Shown: one piece after another, positions 1-13,101 of the stretch | Layout of the letters: the number at the start of each line of letters is the position of its first letter | How positions within the stretch are numbered: position 1 is the stretch's first letter | Assembly (NCBI RefSeq): GCF_006345805.1 | Contig: NC_043008.1 | Span: forward strand, 22,816,001 to 22,880,000 | Direction: 5' to 3' | DNA length: 64,000 nt | Origin: Octopus sinensis | Lineage: Eukaryota | Translations under genes and position numbers: made by a program | The notes under the pieces: generated by a model | What the model saw: only the letters and a program-made list of their open reading frames with translations | Database searches by the model: none | Told to the model about the DNA's origin: nothing

Positions 1-214
1 CTCCTTTGGAACTTTCTACTGCCCACTTTGGGAACCACTGATCTAAAGGAATGCCCACAGAAAAGCATGATTCGGATCTGGTGCACAGTAATTAAAGTAA
101 ATGGGGGAAATGTTAAAAACTGGACAGGCCAAAGCAAAAGGAAAGAGAGGAGAGAGGAAAGAAGAGAGACAAAGAGACACAGACAAATATTAAGTTGCTG
201 TTATATAATTTTAC

Positions 215-249
<35 letters not shown>

Positions 250-1135
250 TTGGGTGTTGTGTGTTTTGTTGGTTTCTGGAACTATCAAACAATAATAATA
301 ATAATAATAATAATAATCCTTTCTACTGTAGGCACAAGGGAGGGGACTAGTTGATTACATCGACCCCAATGTTTCACTAGTACTTAATTTATCAACCCTA
401 AAAGGAAGAAAGGCAAAGTCAACCTTGGCAAAACATGAACTCAGAACATAGCAACAGGCGAAAAACCGCTAAGCACTTCATCCAGCGATCTAAAGATTCT
501 GCCAGATCACTGCCTTAACAACAACAACAACGGCGACGAGGATGATGATGATGATGATTCCTAATCTAGGCACTAGGCCTGAAATTAGGGGAGGAGGGGC
601 TAGTTAATTTCATTGAACCCAGTGTTCAACTTTGATCTGAAGGTCCTTTGGAAGAGACAACTCAACTGTTCTTGCCAATGCCCAGAGACAATCCTAGGCC
701 ATCATCACTCGTCCCTTCAACTAGTCCCCTATAGAAATCTTGGGTTATTTTGCGGCAAACAGTTTTGGGTAGCTGATGCAATGCAGTGAGCGTGTGGCTA
801 CACTCTAGATGCCAAATGCCTAATCTTGGTCTATGCTTGATCAATGACTGCAGCTCCATCAATGCAATGAGCTGCGGAAAAATGTGTCGCATGAAAGACA
901 CTCACACCAAGTTTACTCTTGTTTTTGTTGCTGTCATTCACACCATTTCAGTGATTTAAACATTTCTGCAGGTGTGTCAGCTTCAAAGCGTGGCACTGCA
1001 TCATCAAGGATAGCATCTCGATACTACCACCAAGTGGGTGTTGGCAGCAGATGAATTTTCTGACCAGCAGAACTTGAACCTTCCATAAGAATTGGAAAAG
1101 TAAAATCTGGTTTCTTTGGACATGGTACAACAGCT

Positions 1136-1368
1136 AGGCAGTAGTACTGGCAGAATCATTAGCACACCGGGTGCAATGCTTAGCGGTATTTCGCTTGTCT
1201 TTACGTTCGGGGTTCAAATTCCACCGAGGTCGACTTTGCCTTTCATCCTTTCTGGGTCGATAAATTAAGTACCAGTTACGCACTGGGGTCGATGTAATCG
1301 ACTTAATTCCTTTGTCTATCCTTGTTTGTCCCCTCTATGTTTAGCCCCTTGTGGGCAATAAAGAAATA
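1136..1368 (+). mobile_element. tRNA-derived SINE, family B (head CTGGCAGAA..GTTAGC, box B GGTTCAAATTCC, body GAGGTCGACTTTGCCTTTCATCC)
   Basis: Near-identical to the copies at 2597-3062 and 46638-46868. Probably one of the octopus OK/OR1/OR2 families; I cannot assign the name without a search. Confidence 0.8.
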
Positions 1369-2596
1369 AGGCAGTAGTGCACACTGCACTCAGCCTTTCA
1401 GAGACATGACCTCTTCCCAGTGCCTATCTACCTGGAGATCTGGTCCAAACCAGACTGAAGTTCTTTCACCAAGACCCCCCCCCCGCATTCCAAACAACAA
1501 AAAATTGCTGCCCTCCACCCCCCACCCCCACCCATTTCCCAGAAGGATGAAAGAAAGCAAAGTTGATCCCATTACAAGTTGGATTTAAATTCAGAAAGAA
1601 AACAAAAGAACACTAATGATAAAGTTTTATAGTTTTCAGATTTTTGAAAGCATGTCACAGAATGAACTAAACAAAACAGTCATATGCCAGTGGGGGAAAT
1701 GTCAACGCTTCAGAACAAGAGGTCCTATTTATGTTATTTCCTGGGCAATGCTGCCTACCTTCTGAGCTGCATGGTATTTCAGAAATGTTCATACTCCATT
1801 CTGACATTTAATTACTTGCCTAAAGTTCATATTTTCTTCTTCTTCTCCTCAACTGTCTACCACTGTGAGACAGAGGGATGGGTGGCCTGCGTGATTGTTT
1901 GACCTGCTAAAAATAGCTGCCAAATCTCTTGTCTTAAATTAGGAAATGACACGTTCTGTCTTTTTTTAAAGAATGTCGTTCTAAATAAGTTATGTCAGTA
2001 TCTGTAGGAATTCTTCTTTCTTTCCATAAAACAGACTAGCAAAACTAAAACTATGCCTCAAAAAAGATATAAAATAAACAAGAACTGAAAAAACAAAAAA
2101 AAAAAAAAAACAACTGAAGCTAAAATCAAAGCTATCGATATTGTCGTGGCTGTGTGGTAAGGGGCTTGCTTTCGAACCACATGGCTCCGGGTTCAGTCCC
2201 AGTGCGTGGCACCTTGCGCAAGCGTCTTCTATCTACTATAGCCTCGGGCCGACCAAAGCCTTGTGAGTGGATTTGGTAGATGGAAAGAGTTGAAATATAA
2301 AAATGGCTTTTGATCACATATCTGTTCTTTTAGTGCCGACCTGGGGCTATAGTGCCACAGGCACAGGCAGCGGTGGCACCACCACTATCTAACAAAAACA
2401 AATCCAGTAAAAACAGGTATTTACTTGTTCAAATAACAAACTTTTTTTTTAATCTTTTATTGCTCAAGTCATTAGACCGCGGCCATGCTGGAGCACCACC
2501 TTGAATCAACACTACCACCTATTTGTTTCGAAGCCTGGCACTTATATCCTACCAGTCACTTTTGCCAAACCGCTAAGTTACAGGGACACACACACA

Positions 2597-3062
2597 GGTG
2601 GCAGAGTTGTTAGCACGCCGGGTGATCTGTCTTTATGTTCTGAGTTCAAATTCTGCCGAGGTTGACTTTGCCTTTCATCCTTTCGGGGTCGATAAATTAA
2701 GTACCAGTTATGCACTGGGGTCGATAAATTAAGTACCAGTTATGCACTGGAGTCGATATAATCGACTTAACTGTTGTCTGTCCTTGTTTGTTAGATGGTG
2801 GTAGTGGTGGTGGTGGTGGTGGTGCCACCGCTGCCTGTGCCTGTGGCAGTATAGCCCCAGGTCGGCACTGAAAGAACAGATATGTGATCAAAAGCCATTT
2901 TTATATTTCAACTCTTTCCATCTACCAAATCCACTCACAAGGCTTTGGTCGGCCCGAGGCTATAGTAGATAGAAGACACTTGCCCAAGGTGCCACACAGT
3001 GGGACTGAACCCAGAGCCATGTAGTTCGTAAGCAAGCCCTTTGTGGGTAGTAAAGAAATAGG
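2597..3062 (+). mobile_element. SINE family B copy interrupted by an inverted duplication (2787-3040); contains an internal 32-bp tandem duplication
   Basis: The SINE body stops at CCTTGTTTG (~2790) and resumes at AGCCCTTTGTGGGTAGTAAAGAAATAGG (~3034). GATAAATTAAGTACCAGTTATGCACTGG occurs twice. Confidence 0.75.
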
Positions 3063-3466
3063 TAATTGTTTAGTTTATGTTAATAAAAAAAAAAAAGTAA
3101 AGGACCATAACAAAATACACCAAAGTTTCTTATCTGATACAGTACTCACCCTTATTGATCCTCTTCATCGTTATCTGTTATTTACAATTAATTTGTAGCT
3201 TCGCATTGGAGGAAATGACTATTTACTCAACTATCTATTTCTCATGCATAAACCTGTATTTCTGACTGGTTATCGAGCTATCATTTCTTACTGCTTTCAT
3301 CTTTGTTTTCATAAGACAGACTAGCAACTAAAACTAAGCCTCAAAAAAAGATATAAAATAAACAAGAACTGGAAAAAAAAAAAAAAAAAAACAACTGAAG
3401 CTAAAATCAAAGCTATCGATATTGTCAACAATTCATTTTGATTTTACGAACGTAAACTGAACAACT

Positions 3467-3632
3467 AGGCATAGGAGTGGCTGTGTGGTAAGTAGCTTGC
3501 TTATGAAACACGCGGTTCCGGGGTTCAGTCCCACTGCGTGGCACTTTGGGCAAGTGTCTTCTATCTACTACAGCCTCGGGCCGACCAAAGCCTTGTGAGT
3601 GGATTTGGTAGATGGAAACTGAAAGAAGCCCG

Positions 3633-3684
<52 letters not shown>

Positions 3685-3730
3685 GTGTGTTTGTGAATGT
3701 GTTTTCACATACATATATGTGTGTATGAAA

Positions 3731-3762
<32 letters not shown>

Positions 3763-3960
3763 CCCCCCCTCCCAACATCACTTGACAACCTATGCTGGTG
3801 TGTTTATGTCCCCCGTAACTTAGCAGTTCAGCAAAAGAGACTGACAGAATAAGTACTAGGCTTACAAAGAATAAGTCCTGGCGTCGATTTGCTCGACTAA
3901 AGGCGCTGCTCCAACATGGCCACAGTCACATGACTGAAACAAGTAAATGAGTAAAGAGTA
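3467..3960 (+). mobile_element. Full-length tRNA-derived SINE, family A (CORE-like, internal TA/TG microsatellite)
   Basis: Head GGAGTGGCTGTGTGGTAAG with box B-like GGTTCAGTCCC, CORE-like TTGGGCAAGTGTCTT, tail AACATGGCCACAGTC..TGACTGAAACAAGTAAA. More than 12 similar copies occur in the window. Confidence 0.85.
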
Positions 3961-5266
3961 ACTTACCACATGCATGCATGCATGTGATAAGCTTTCAGTT
4001 TCCATCTACCAAACTCACAAAGCTTTGGTCAGCCTGGGGTCAAAGTAGAAGACACTTGGCCAAAGGTGCTATGCAGTGGGACTGAACCCAGAACCATGTG
4101 GATAGGAACCAAGCTTCTTATCACACAGCCACAACTGACTGTTCTTAATTTTGTCACAAAGCCACAGCTTCATTGGTTGAGGGCTTATTAGATTACAAGT
4201 GATCGCAGTACTTGATAAGTACTTGATTTACAATATAGTACAGTGAGAATACAATCTAATACATTAAGTACGTGGTCCTGATGATCAAACAAATTGACAA
4301 TCATACTATTATGAGAAAAATAACATGGCTCTTTTCAAGGCAACCTCGCATTCAATTCTTACACCATTCTACGAGGGGTTAGCAACCCCTTTACACGGCT
4401 TTCTATACACTTACAAATACATTCATTCGCCGTAAACTTATATCAATATTTGCCTGAATAATCATCATAATTCAGTGCAATATATGTATATATGTATATG
4501 TATGTATACTGAAACCAACATTCAACCTCTTGAAACTTTCTATATTACAATGCATTTTGGTAATAGCTTAAAACATCTTTGTGGGTGGAAGACCACGATG
4601 AAATTGACAAAGGGAACAACTGTGGTAAAGAGGATGGTCTTTTCGCATTTACTTTCCACTGTTGTTTTCCTATTTTCAATTTTATTTTTCTTTGTAAGAT
4701 ATTTATTATTCAAATAATAAGCTTCCTCATGCTTCATGTTCTGAGAACAAAAGGTCTTGTCCAGCAGAACACTGTTAGTAATGGTTATGATTTCATTTAA
4801 CCTTAAAATAGAATAAGTGACTAATTTTACAACGGGACTTGTATCAGTTAAATACTCAAATTAAACAAGCCTTTCAGTGAAGGGACTTTTATGAACCCAC
4901 GTGATTTGTTCCAAGTAGCAGAGTCAACATTTTTGCACACACACACTCACTCTCTCTCCACAAATTCTTCACAGTCTTTAGAAAGCATTACATCCTGAAT
5001 ACTGGTTCCATGTCTGTCATCAGATATGTTTTGTTTTTTTTTTTTTAGAAGTAGAACAAATAGAATGTTGCGGATGTCTGCTTTTTACTCTTTTACTTGT
5101 TTCAGTCATTTGACTGTGGCCATGCTGGAGTACCACCCTCAGTCGAACAAACTGACCCCAGGACTTATTTTATCGGTCTCTTGTGCTGAACCGCTAAGTT
5201 ATGGGGACATAAGCACAACAACATCGGTTGTCAAGTGATGGCAGGGAGCTAAACACAGACACACAA

Positions 5267-5329
<63 letters not shown>

Positions 5330-5436
5330 ATAAATAGATGAGTGTATTTTTCCCTTGTTAACAATTAACACGGAAAAAATAGATAAATATACCTGCGTTA
5401 AACTCCATTTATTTATTTCATATATATATATATATA

Positions 5437-5750
5437 TCATCATCATTTAACGTCTGTTTTCCATGCTAGCATGGGTTGGACGGTTCGACCGGGGTCTGGT
5501 AAGCCATGGAGGCTGCACCAGGCTCCAGTCTGATTTGGCAGTGTTTCTACAGCTGGATGCCCTTCCTAACGCCAACCACTCTGTGAGTGTAGTGGGTGTT
5601 TTTTAGTGGCACTGGCACAAGAGCCAGCGCAGGCTGGCAAACGGCCACAACTGGTTGGTGCTTTTACGTGTCACCGACACGGAGGCCAGTCAGGCGACAC
5701 TAGTAACTGCTACGCTCGAACGGTGCTTTTACGTGTCACCAGCACTGGAC
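5437..5750 (-). mobile_element. RTE LINE 3' UTR fragment with (GAT)n tail
   Basis: Matches the 3' UTR of the RT-bearing copy at 6541-9040 and abuts (TA)n. Confidence 0.8.
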
Positions 5751-6336
5751 TTCTTTCAGTTTCCTTCGACCAAATCCACTCACAAGGCTTTGGTCGGCCC
5801 GAGGCTATAGTAGAAGACACTTGCCCAAGGTGCCACGCAGTGGGACTTAACCCAGAACATATGGTCGGGAAGCAAGCTTCTTACCACACAGCCACTCCAG
5901 TTGATAAGTTCTTACATCATAATGGAAGTTTTTACATGATAAGGAGCAGGTGTGGCTGTATGGGACTAAGTTTGCAACCCAACCCCATAGTTCTGGGCTC
6001 GATCCCATTGCATGGCATCTTGGGCAAGGGTCTTCCACTATAGCTTCATAGCAACCAAAACCTTGTGAGTGGATTTGAGAGATGGAAAATAAAAGAAGCT
6101 TGTTGCGTCATCATCATCATCATCAACAGCCTTTTTTCCATGCTAGCATGAGTATGTGTGTGCACAATATAAGACTTGGAGTGCACTTGACTTAGACTGT
6201 TTCGGTATTATGTGTCAAAATTGAAACAATAATATCTCTGTTGTAATGTGAAATAATAGTTTGCTTTATAAGTTTCACTATTAATAGTGAAACTATTATC
6301 GCACATTACATATATATATATATATATAATGTATAG

Positions 6337-6399
6337 ATGTATATGCATACATGCATATGTATAGCGGTATATGTAAATATGAATGTGTGTGTGTGTGTG

Positions 6400-6452
<53 letters not shown>

Positions 6453-6507
6453 GCATACATGCATATGTATAGCGGTATATGTAAATATGAATGTGTGTGT
6501 GTGTGTG

Positions 6508-6540
<33 letters not shown>
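6337..6540. repeat. ~108-bp tandem duplication of a compound microsatellite
   Basis: TGCATACATGCATATGTATAGCGGTATATGTAAATATGAATG occurs at 6344 and 6452. Confidence 0.85.
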
Positions 6541-6544
<4 letters not shown>

Positions 6545-9040
6545 TCATCATCATCATTATCATCGTTTAACGTCCGCTTTCCATGCTAGCATGGGTTGGA
6601 CGGTTCAACTGGGGTTTGGGAAGACCGAAGGCTGCACCAGGCCAGTCAGATCTGGCAGAGTTTCTACAGTTGGATGCCCTTCCTAATGCCAACCACTCCG
6701 TGAGTGTAGTGGGTGATTTTTTATGTGCCACCGACACAGGTGCCAGACGAGGCTGGCGAACGGCCACACTCGGATGGTGTTTTTTACGTGCCACCAGCAC
6801 GGAGGCCAGTTGATGCGGTACTGGCTACGGCCATGTTCGGATGGTTTTCTTATGTGCCACCGGCACTGGTACCACAAAAATACAAATTCCATTGATGTTC
6901 ATCGATTTTGATTTGATTTTCACTAGCCTCAACAGGTCTTCACAAGTAGAGTTATGTGTCCCAAGAAGAAAGGTATGCACAGGTGGACTGACTATGTCCC
7001 AGGTAGGGGCCATGGGTTATGGCCTCACGTGTCCTGCCGGGTCTTCTCACGCACAGCATACTTCCAACGGTCTCGCTCTCTGGTCATTTCCTCGGTGAGA
7101 CCTAAAGCGCGAAGGTCGTTCTTCACCACCTCGTCCCAGGTTTTCCTGGGTCTACCTCTTCCACAGGTTCCCTCAACTGCTAGGGTGTGGCACTTTTTCA
7201 CACAACTATCTTCATCCATTCTTACTACGTGTTCATACCAGCGTAGACGCCTCTCTTGCACACCACATCTGATGCTTCTTAGGTCCAACTTTTCTCTCAA
7301 GGCACTTACACTCTGTCGGGTATGAACACTTACATTACACATCCAACGGAGCATACTGGCTTCATTTCTTATGAGGTTACGCATATCCTCAGCAGTCACG
7401 GCCCATGTTTCACTGCCATGTAGCATGGCTGTTCGCACACATGCGTCATACAGTCTACATTTTACTCTGAGTGAGAGGCCTTTTGTCACCAGCAGAGGTA
7501 AGAGTTCTCTGAACTTTGCCCAGGCTATTCTTACTCTAGCAGTTACACTTTCGCACACCCACCCCCCGCTACTGACTTGGTCACCTAGGTAACGGAAACT
7601 ATCAACTATTTCAAGTTTTTCTCTCTGGAATGTGGTGGAAGATGGTCTCTGCGCATTTTCAGTCTTTATTGAACCAGAGCATCTGGCACATACAAAAACT
7701 ATCTTCCTAGTTAGCCTTCCTTTGACATTGCTGCACCTCTTATGTGTCAATAGCTTACACTTGGTGCATCTTATAGAGTTCCTACCTACACCTTTTCTAC
7801 AGATCGAGCAGGGCCATCTACCTGAAGGCGTTTGAGATTTGTCTACCTTCCTACTTATTAGGACTTGGTTTTAGCTAGATTGACTCTAAGGCCCTTCGAT
7901 TCTAATCCTTGCTTCTACGCCTGAAACTTCACCTCGAGTTCTGATAGTGATTCAGCAATTAGAGCAAGGTCGTCAGCATAGAGGAGCTCCCAGGGGCATC
8001 CTGTCTTGAATTCCTCCGTTATTGCCTGGAGGACTATGATAAATAGAAGGGGGCTGAGGACTGAGCCTTGGTGGACCCCAACCTCCACCCGGAATTCTTC
8101 ACTGTACTCGTTGCCAACCTTCACCTTACTAACAGCGTCCCTGTACATGGCACACACAGCTCTCACTAACCATTCATCTATCCTTAGTTTCCTCATTGAC
8201 CACCAGATAAGGGATCGGGGAACCCTGTCAAAGGCTTTCTCCAAGTCAACAAAAGCCAGGTACAGAGGTTTATCTTTGGCTAGGTATTTCTCCTGCAGCT
8301 GTCTCACCAGAAATATGGCATCAGTAGTGCTTTTCCCTGGCACGAAACCAAACTGCATCTCGTCTAGGTTGACTCTCTCTCTAATCAGTTGGGCTATGAC
8401 CCTTTCCGTAACTTTCATTACCTGATCCAACAGCTTAATACCTCTGTAATTACTTGTATCTAGGGTGTCACCTTTACCTTTGTAGGAGTTGACTATTATG
8501 CTACTACACCAGTGTATCACCTTCGTGTATCACCTGGTTAACTATATGGGTGACTAGGCTATAGCCGACACTGCCAGATATTTTGAGCATCTCAACAGTA
8601 ATTCCTGATGGGCCTGGGGCTTTCCCTGTCTTCATGCTTCCAATTGCCTTAACTACCATGGAACTGTCAACTTGGATAGCTGGTCCCTCTATTGGGTCAA
8701 CATTCGGCAGACTCTCTTTATCCCATTCATTCTCTTTGTTGAGCAACCTTTCAAAGTGGCATCTCCAAACCTCTCTCTTTGCATCCTCATTTAGCGCAAG
8801 TGAACCATCATCCATGCGAACACATTTCTCTCCTACCACATCATGATTCTCTCTCACACACTGTCTTGCAACACGAAACACCTCAAGTCTTTGGTCCTCA
8901 CGGCGCAGAACATTGGCAAATTTTTTATTATCTGCTTCCCCTCTAGCTAAATATACCTGGCTCCTAGCCTCTCTTTTCGCAGTCTGATACAATTCCCTAC
9001 TACCGCCTTTCCTCCAGTCCTTCCAAGCCTGTCTCTTATG
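6541..9040 (-). mobile_element. 5'-truncated RTE-clade LINE (pseudogenised RT ORF, 3' UTR, GAT tail)
   Basis: ORF pieces 8504-9040, 7915-8520 (FVDLEKAFDRV, QGSVLSPLLF, LLYADD) and 7025-7750 (FRYLG, MLHGSETW, RLRWY, GRGRPRKTW). Frameshifts at ~8520 and ~7865, stop at 7915-7917. (TA)n on both sides. Confidence 0.95.
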
Positions 9041-9052
9041 TATGTATGTATG

Positions 9053-9137
<85 letters not shown>

Positions 9138-9747
9138 ACACACACACACACACACAAACAAACACACACAAATGGATACCCATATATACTTCCATTTGTT
9201 TTGCATCCGCTTTTCCATGCTAGCATGAGTCACGCATGTATTAGATATCATTGTCATGTATCTGAATTCCTTTCTAATGTTAACCCTTACCTTTTTCTAG
9301 GTAAAAGCTCTCATACACCACAGGCACATACATGTATGCATGTGTGTAGTGGCTAGAATATTACAAAATTTACTCAAGAAGTAAAGCTTTCAGGCACAGC
9401 ACTTATCAAACCACGCACGCACGCATGCACCGGAAATAGCATTGCTGACAGAAACATTTCAAGTGGATCATGATGGCCAAATTGTCTTAAGGTTGACAGA
9501 TTAGGTCATTTGACAAACATGTCGTTGAATGAGGGCTTGTTATAATGATTATGATGAGCGAAACTATAGGAGTGAAGAGTACCGAGTGTATACATTATCT
9601 TCAACAGTAGATTAATGTTTCTTAAATGCTTTTTTTTTTGTATTTCTCCCTCTTTTACTCTTTTACTCTTTTATTTGTTTCAATATATATATATATATAT
9701 ATATATAGATAGATAGATTTATATGTATGCATGTACATATGTATATA

Positions 9748-10240
9748 TCATCATCATCATCATCATCATCATTTAGCGTCCGTTTTCCATGCTAGCATGG
9801 GTTGGACGGTTCTACTGGGGTCTGTGAAGCCAGAAGGCTTCATCAGGCCCAGTGTTTCTACGGCTGGATGCCCTTCTTAACGCCAACCACTCCGTGAGTG
9901 TAGTGGGTGCTTTTTACGTGCCACCCGCACAGGTGCCAGACAGAGCTGGCAAACGGCCACGAACGGATGGTGCTTTTTATGTGCCACCGGCACGATGGCC
10001 AGGCGAGGCTGGCAACGGACACGAAATGGGGCGGTGCTGGCAACGGTCGCGAAACGGAAGGTTCTCTTACATGCCACCGGCACTGGTAACACATCTGCAA
10101 TTTCCATTGATCGATTTCGATTCTGATCCTCACTTGCCTCAACAGGTCTTCACAAGTAGAGTTTTGTGTCCCAAGAAGGGAAGGTATGCATACGTAGGCT
10201 GCTCCATCCCATGTAGAAGGCCACGGGTTATGGTATATAT
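9748..10240 (-). mobile_element. RTE LINE 3' UTR fragment
   Basis: Colinear with 6541-7030 and flanked by (TA)n at both ends. Confidence 0.85.
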
Positions 10241-10351
10241 ATATATATATATATGCGTACATATAATTTTTACAGAGGATGATGATATTAAGGCAAGGCA
10301 AACATCTCAAGTCATAATATCTCAAGTCAATATTATAATTGGCAAAAATCC

Positions 10352-10391
10352 AGTCTCACAGCTGTCTCAGGGATATTCCGTCATCAGAGAC
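10352..10391 (-). ncRNA. Decayed minimal hammerhead ribozyme motif in a PLE pLTR
   Basis: Minus strand reads gtct-CTGATGA-cggaatatccct-GAGAC-AGCT-GTG-agac. Stem I is gtct:agac and ACAGCTGT is palindromic. GAAAC is mutated to GAGAC and the cleavage triplet is GUG, so it is probably inactive. Confidence 0.55.
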
Positions 10392-10901
10392 AAATAGGGA
10401 AAATGAGAATGGTTAACGATCTTAAGGGTTTGTATGTGTGTGCTATCCATGGAGGACGAACTTACATTTAGATTTATGAAAGAATTTAAAAGTGTGAAAG
10501 AATTTGTGCTTACAAGTAGTGAATGCCTTGTATTTATTAAGCAAATGTGGTGAGTTGTGGGTTAACATTTTGAGGATTCCTTTAAGTAGAGTCCACAACT
10601 GGAGTGATATGGGATACCTGAGTTTATTATAGCCCAGGAAAGTTTATACTATATTTTTCTATTAATTAGATGGTGTAAATGACTGGCTAGTCATGTGGAA
10701 TTGCTATTCTCTTTATATTTAAATGTGCATAATACCTTTGTTTAAAATAGATGCTAGATCTTATATAGTAGCTGCAGGTGTTATTTACTATGTTGTGAAC
10801 AGTGCATTGGTATACGACATTGAATCTTCTGCGCTGGGCTTGTAACAGGCAATCTGTCCTGAATCTGAAGTTGCAGTTATCAGTTCTATGATGGTTATTT
10901 G

Positions 10902-10938
<37 letters not shown>

Positions 10939-11117
10939 TGATAGGGTAGAGCTGGTAGTGGCTAGGGTAGTATTAGGTGAATCAATCGTGATATTGTTAT
11001 TATTGCTGTCGTTCCTAGAATTGGCATCAACGCCAGCATTACCATTATTATTATCGTCATTACCATTATCAGTGTTGCTGCTGTAATTATTATCATCATT
11101 ATTGTTATTATTATTAT

Positions 11118-11148
<31 letters not shown>

Positions 11149-11589
11149 TGTAGTTGTAGTAGTACTGGTAACAGTTGTAGTAGTAGCAGCATAAGTAGCA
11201 ATATCATTAGTAGTAGTGTTAGTATTAGTGGTGGTAGAGTGGGTGGTATTAGTGATGCTATTACTGCAGCTATTAGTAGTAGCGTTTGTGGTAGGAAAGT
11301 AAGTAGTAGCATCATTTTCAGGAATGGTAATATTGCCATGTGTGCTAGTATCAATATCACTGCTAGTCCTATTAGTAGCTGAAGTATAGGCATTATTAGT
11401 TTTAGTGGTTATAATATAGTTAGTAGTGTAAGTATCAGTATACCTATAAGTGTTTGTGTCGGTTTCAGCTGTGTGCCCATTACCCTCGGAAGTGGGGGAC
11501 TCTATTATGTGTTTAAGTTGTTTAACGTGGTCAGGCCAGGGGCATTAGATATGTTATTGCGATCGGTATTAGTATTTCCGTTGTGTAGG

Positions 11590-12198
11590 TCCATACTCTC
11601 AACAATGCGCCCTTAAATATGGTTTCTGATTATAAATATCTTGGGTCATACATATCATCATCTGGAAAAGACTCTCTAACTAGAAAGGGTATGGCCTGGT
11701 CAGCCTGTAATGACATGCATAAGATCTGGTCATCAAATCTAAGTAGAGACTTCAAACTTGAAATCTTCAAAGCCACAGTCGAACCAATTCTACTATATGG
11801 CTCAGAAACCTGGACGTTATCAAAGAAGCTTGAGAGGCGATTGGATGGAACCTACACTCGCCTCCTTATGAGAGCTCAAAATCTCTCATGGAAGCGCCAT
11901 CCAACCAAAATGCAAATATATGGGAAACTACCACTTGTGTCATCTCTTGTGAAAGGTTGGAGAGTCCAGTTTGCTGGACATTGTTGTAGAGCTGGAATAG
12001 TAATTTCTACTCTTCTCCTCTGGAAGCCGTCTACTCGCAATACCAGAGGGCGCACACTCTCCTACCCTGATGTAATCTCCAGGGATACAGGCATCCAGCA
12101 ACAGGACCTCCGTAATGCCATGATGGACTATGAAGTCTGGCGTAGCATGGTAAATTCCATTGTCTCGACCACGGTCGAACAATGATGATGATGATGAT
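11590..12198 (+). mobile_element. 3' fragment of an RTE/RTEX-like LINE with intact C-terminal ORF and (TGA)n tail
   Basis: ORF 11619-12185 has YKYLGSY, ILLYGSETWTL, LDGTYTRLL and FAGHC, followed by TGATGATGATG. Confidence 0.85.
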
Positions 12199-12364
12199 GT
12201 ATTTAGATAGTAAGAGCTAAGATGAGGTGATAATAGATTCTATATCTGGTGTAGATGAATAGGATAATTTCAAAGTGGATCTGTTAAAGATAGAACAGTA
12301 CTTATCATTATGTGGGAAATTGGATTCTACTATCTTAAAGAATGCTTTAGCGAGGCCCTTAACG

Positions 12365-13031
12365 TTTAAGTCTCATCTACCCTACCAAATTGGATTTAGG
12401 ATGAATCAGTAAAAATATATTAGACACAGTCATAGCCTCTATCAGAGAGAAACTAAGTGTAAACTTATGGTCCTGCACAGGCAAGGTCATCACCTGGTTC
12501 TATCTGCTTTAAAACAAAAACATATCCTCTCCTCCAGTTATTGACATCAATAATTACTATGCCTCTATATCACCTATCCTCTTTAAAAATACCCTTACTT
12601 TAGCTAAAAACCTAACCAACACAACCTTGGAAATTGATGTAATTCTATCTGCCAGGCAGGCCCTCATATCCTTCAATAATAAGCTTTGATCCCACACTAA
12701 CATCAACACTAACAGAAGCAACTCCTTTGATATAACCATGGGTTCATCCGACTCTGCTCAAATTATAGATCTAGTTGAATTGTACCTCCTTCAACAGCTC
12801 TACACACAATTCCCCCATATCTATGTGTGTGTGTATGTGTATATATATATATTATATATATATAAATTATTAGAGAGTTACCACTATGTGGATAGCTCTC
12901 TAATAATTTATGTGGTAACTCTCTAATAATTTATGTATAAATTTGTATTATCTCCCTAGTTTTATGTGCTAAGCCACTTGGTGTTAAATTGATGGTATTA
13001 TTAAATTAATATCAAATTTTTCACCCTCATT

Positions 13032-13101
<70 letters not shown>

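Larger units (their letters stand above)
10330..12360 (-). mobile_element. Degenerate Penelope-like element: RT thumb, low-complexity linker, GIY-YIG endonuclease, pLTR; interrupted by a LINE at 11590-12198
   Basis: Manual translation: FFKIVESNFPHNDKYCSIFNRSTLKLSYSSTP (12230-12350); NCNFRFRTDCLL..NVVYQCTV..YYIRSS (10760-10880); NST*LASHLHHLINRKI*YKLSWAII..PYHSSCGLYLKE (10570-10700). A hammerhead relic follows at 10352. Confidence 0.7.

Noticed and set aside
640-1130. Possible very old RTE C-terminus on the minus strand (similar weak LINE relics near 19990-20380 and 62690-63030)
   Set aside because: There are too many stops and the motifs are too diverged to support without a profile search.
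4278-4310. CTGATGA followed by a TCAA/TTGA stem (hammerhead or box C candidate)
   Set aside because: There is no GAAA, no stem I partner and no nearby box D.
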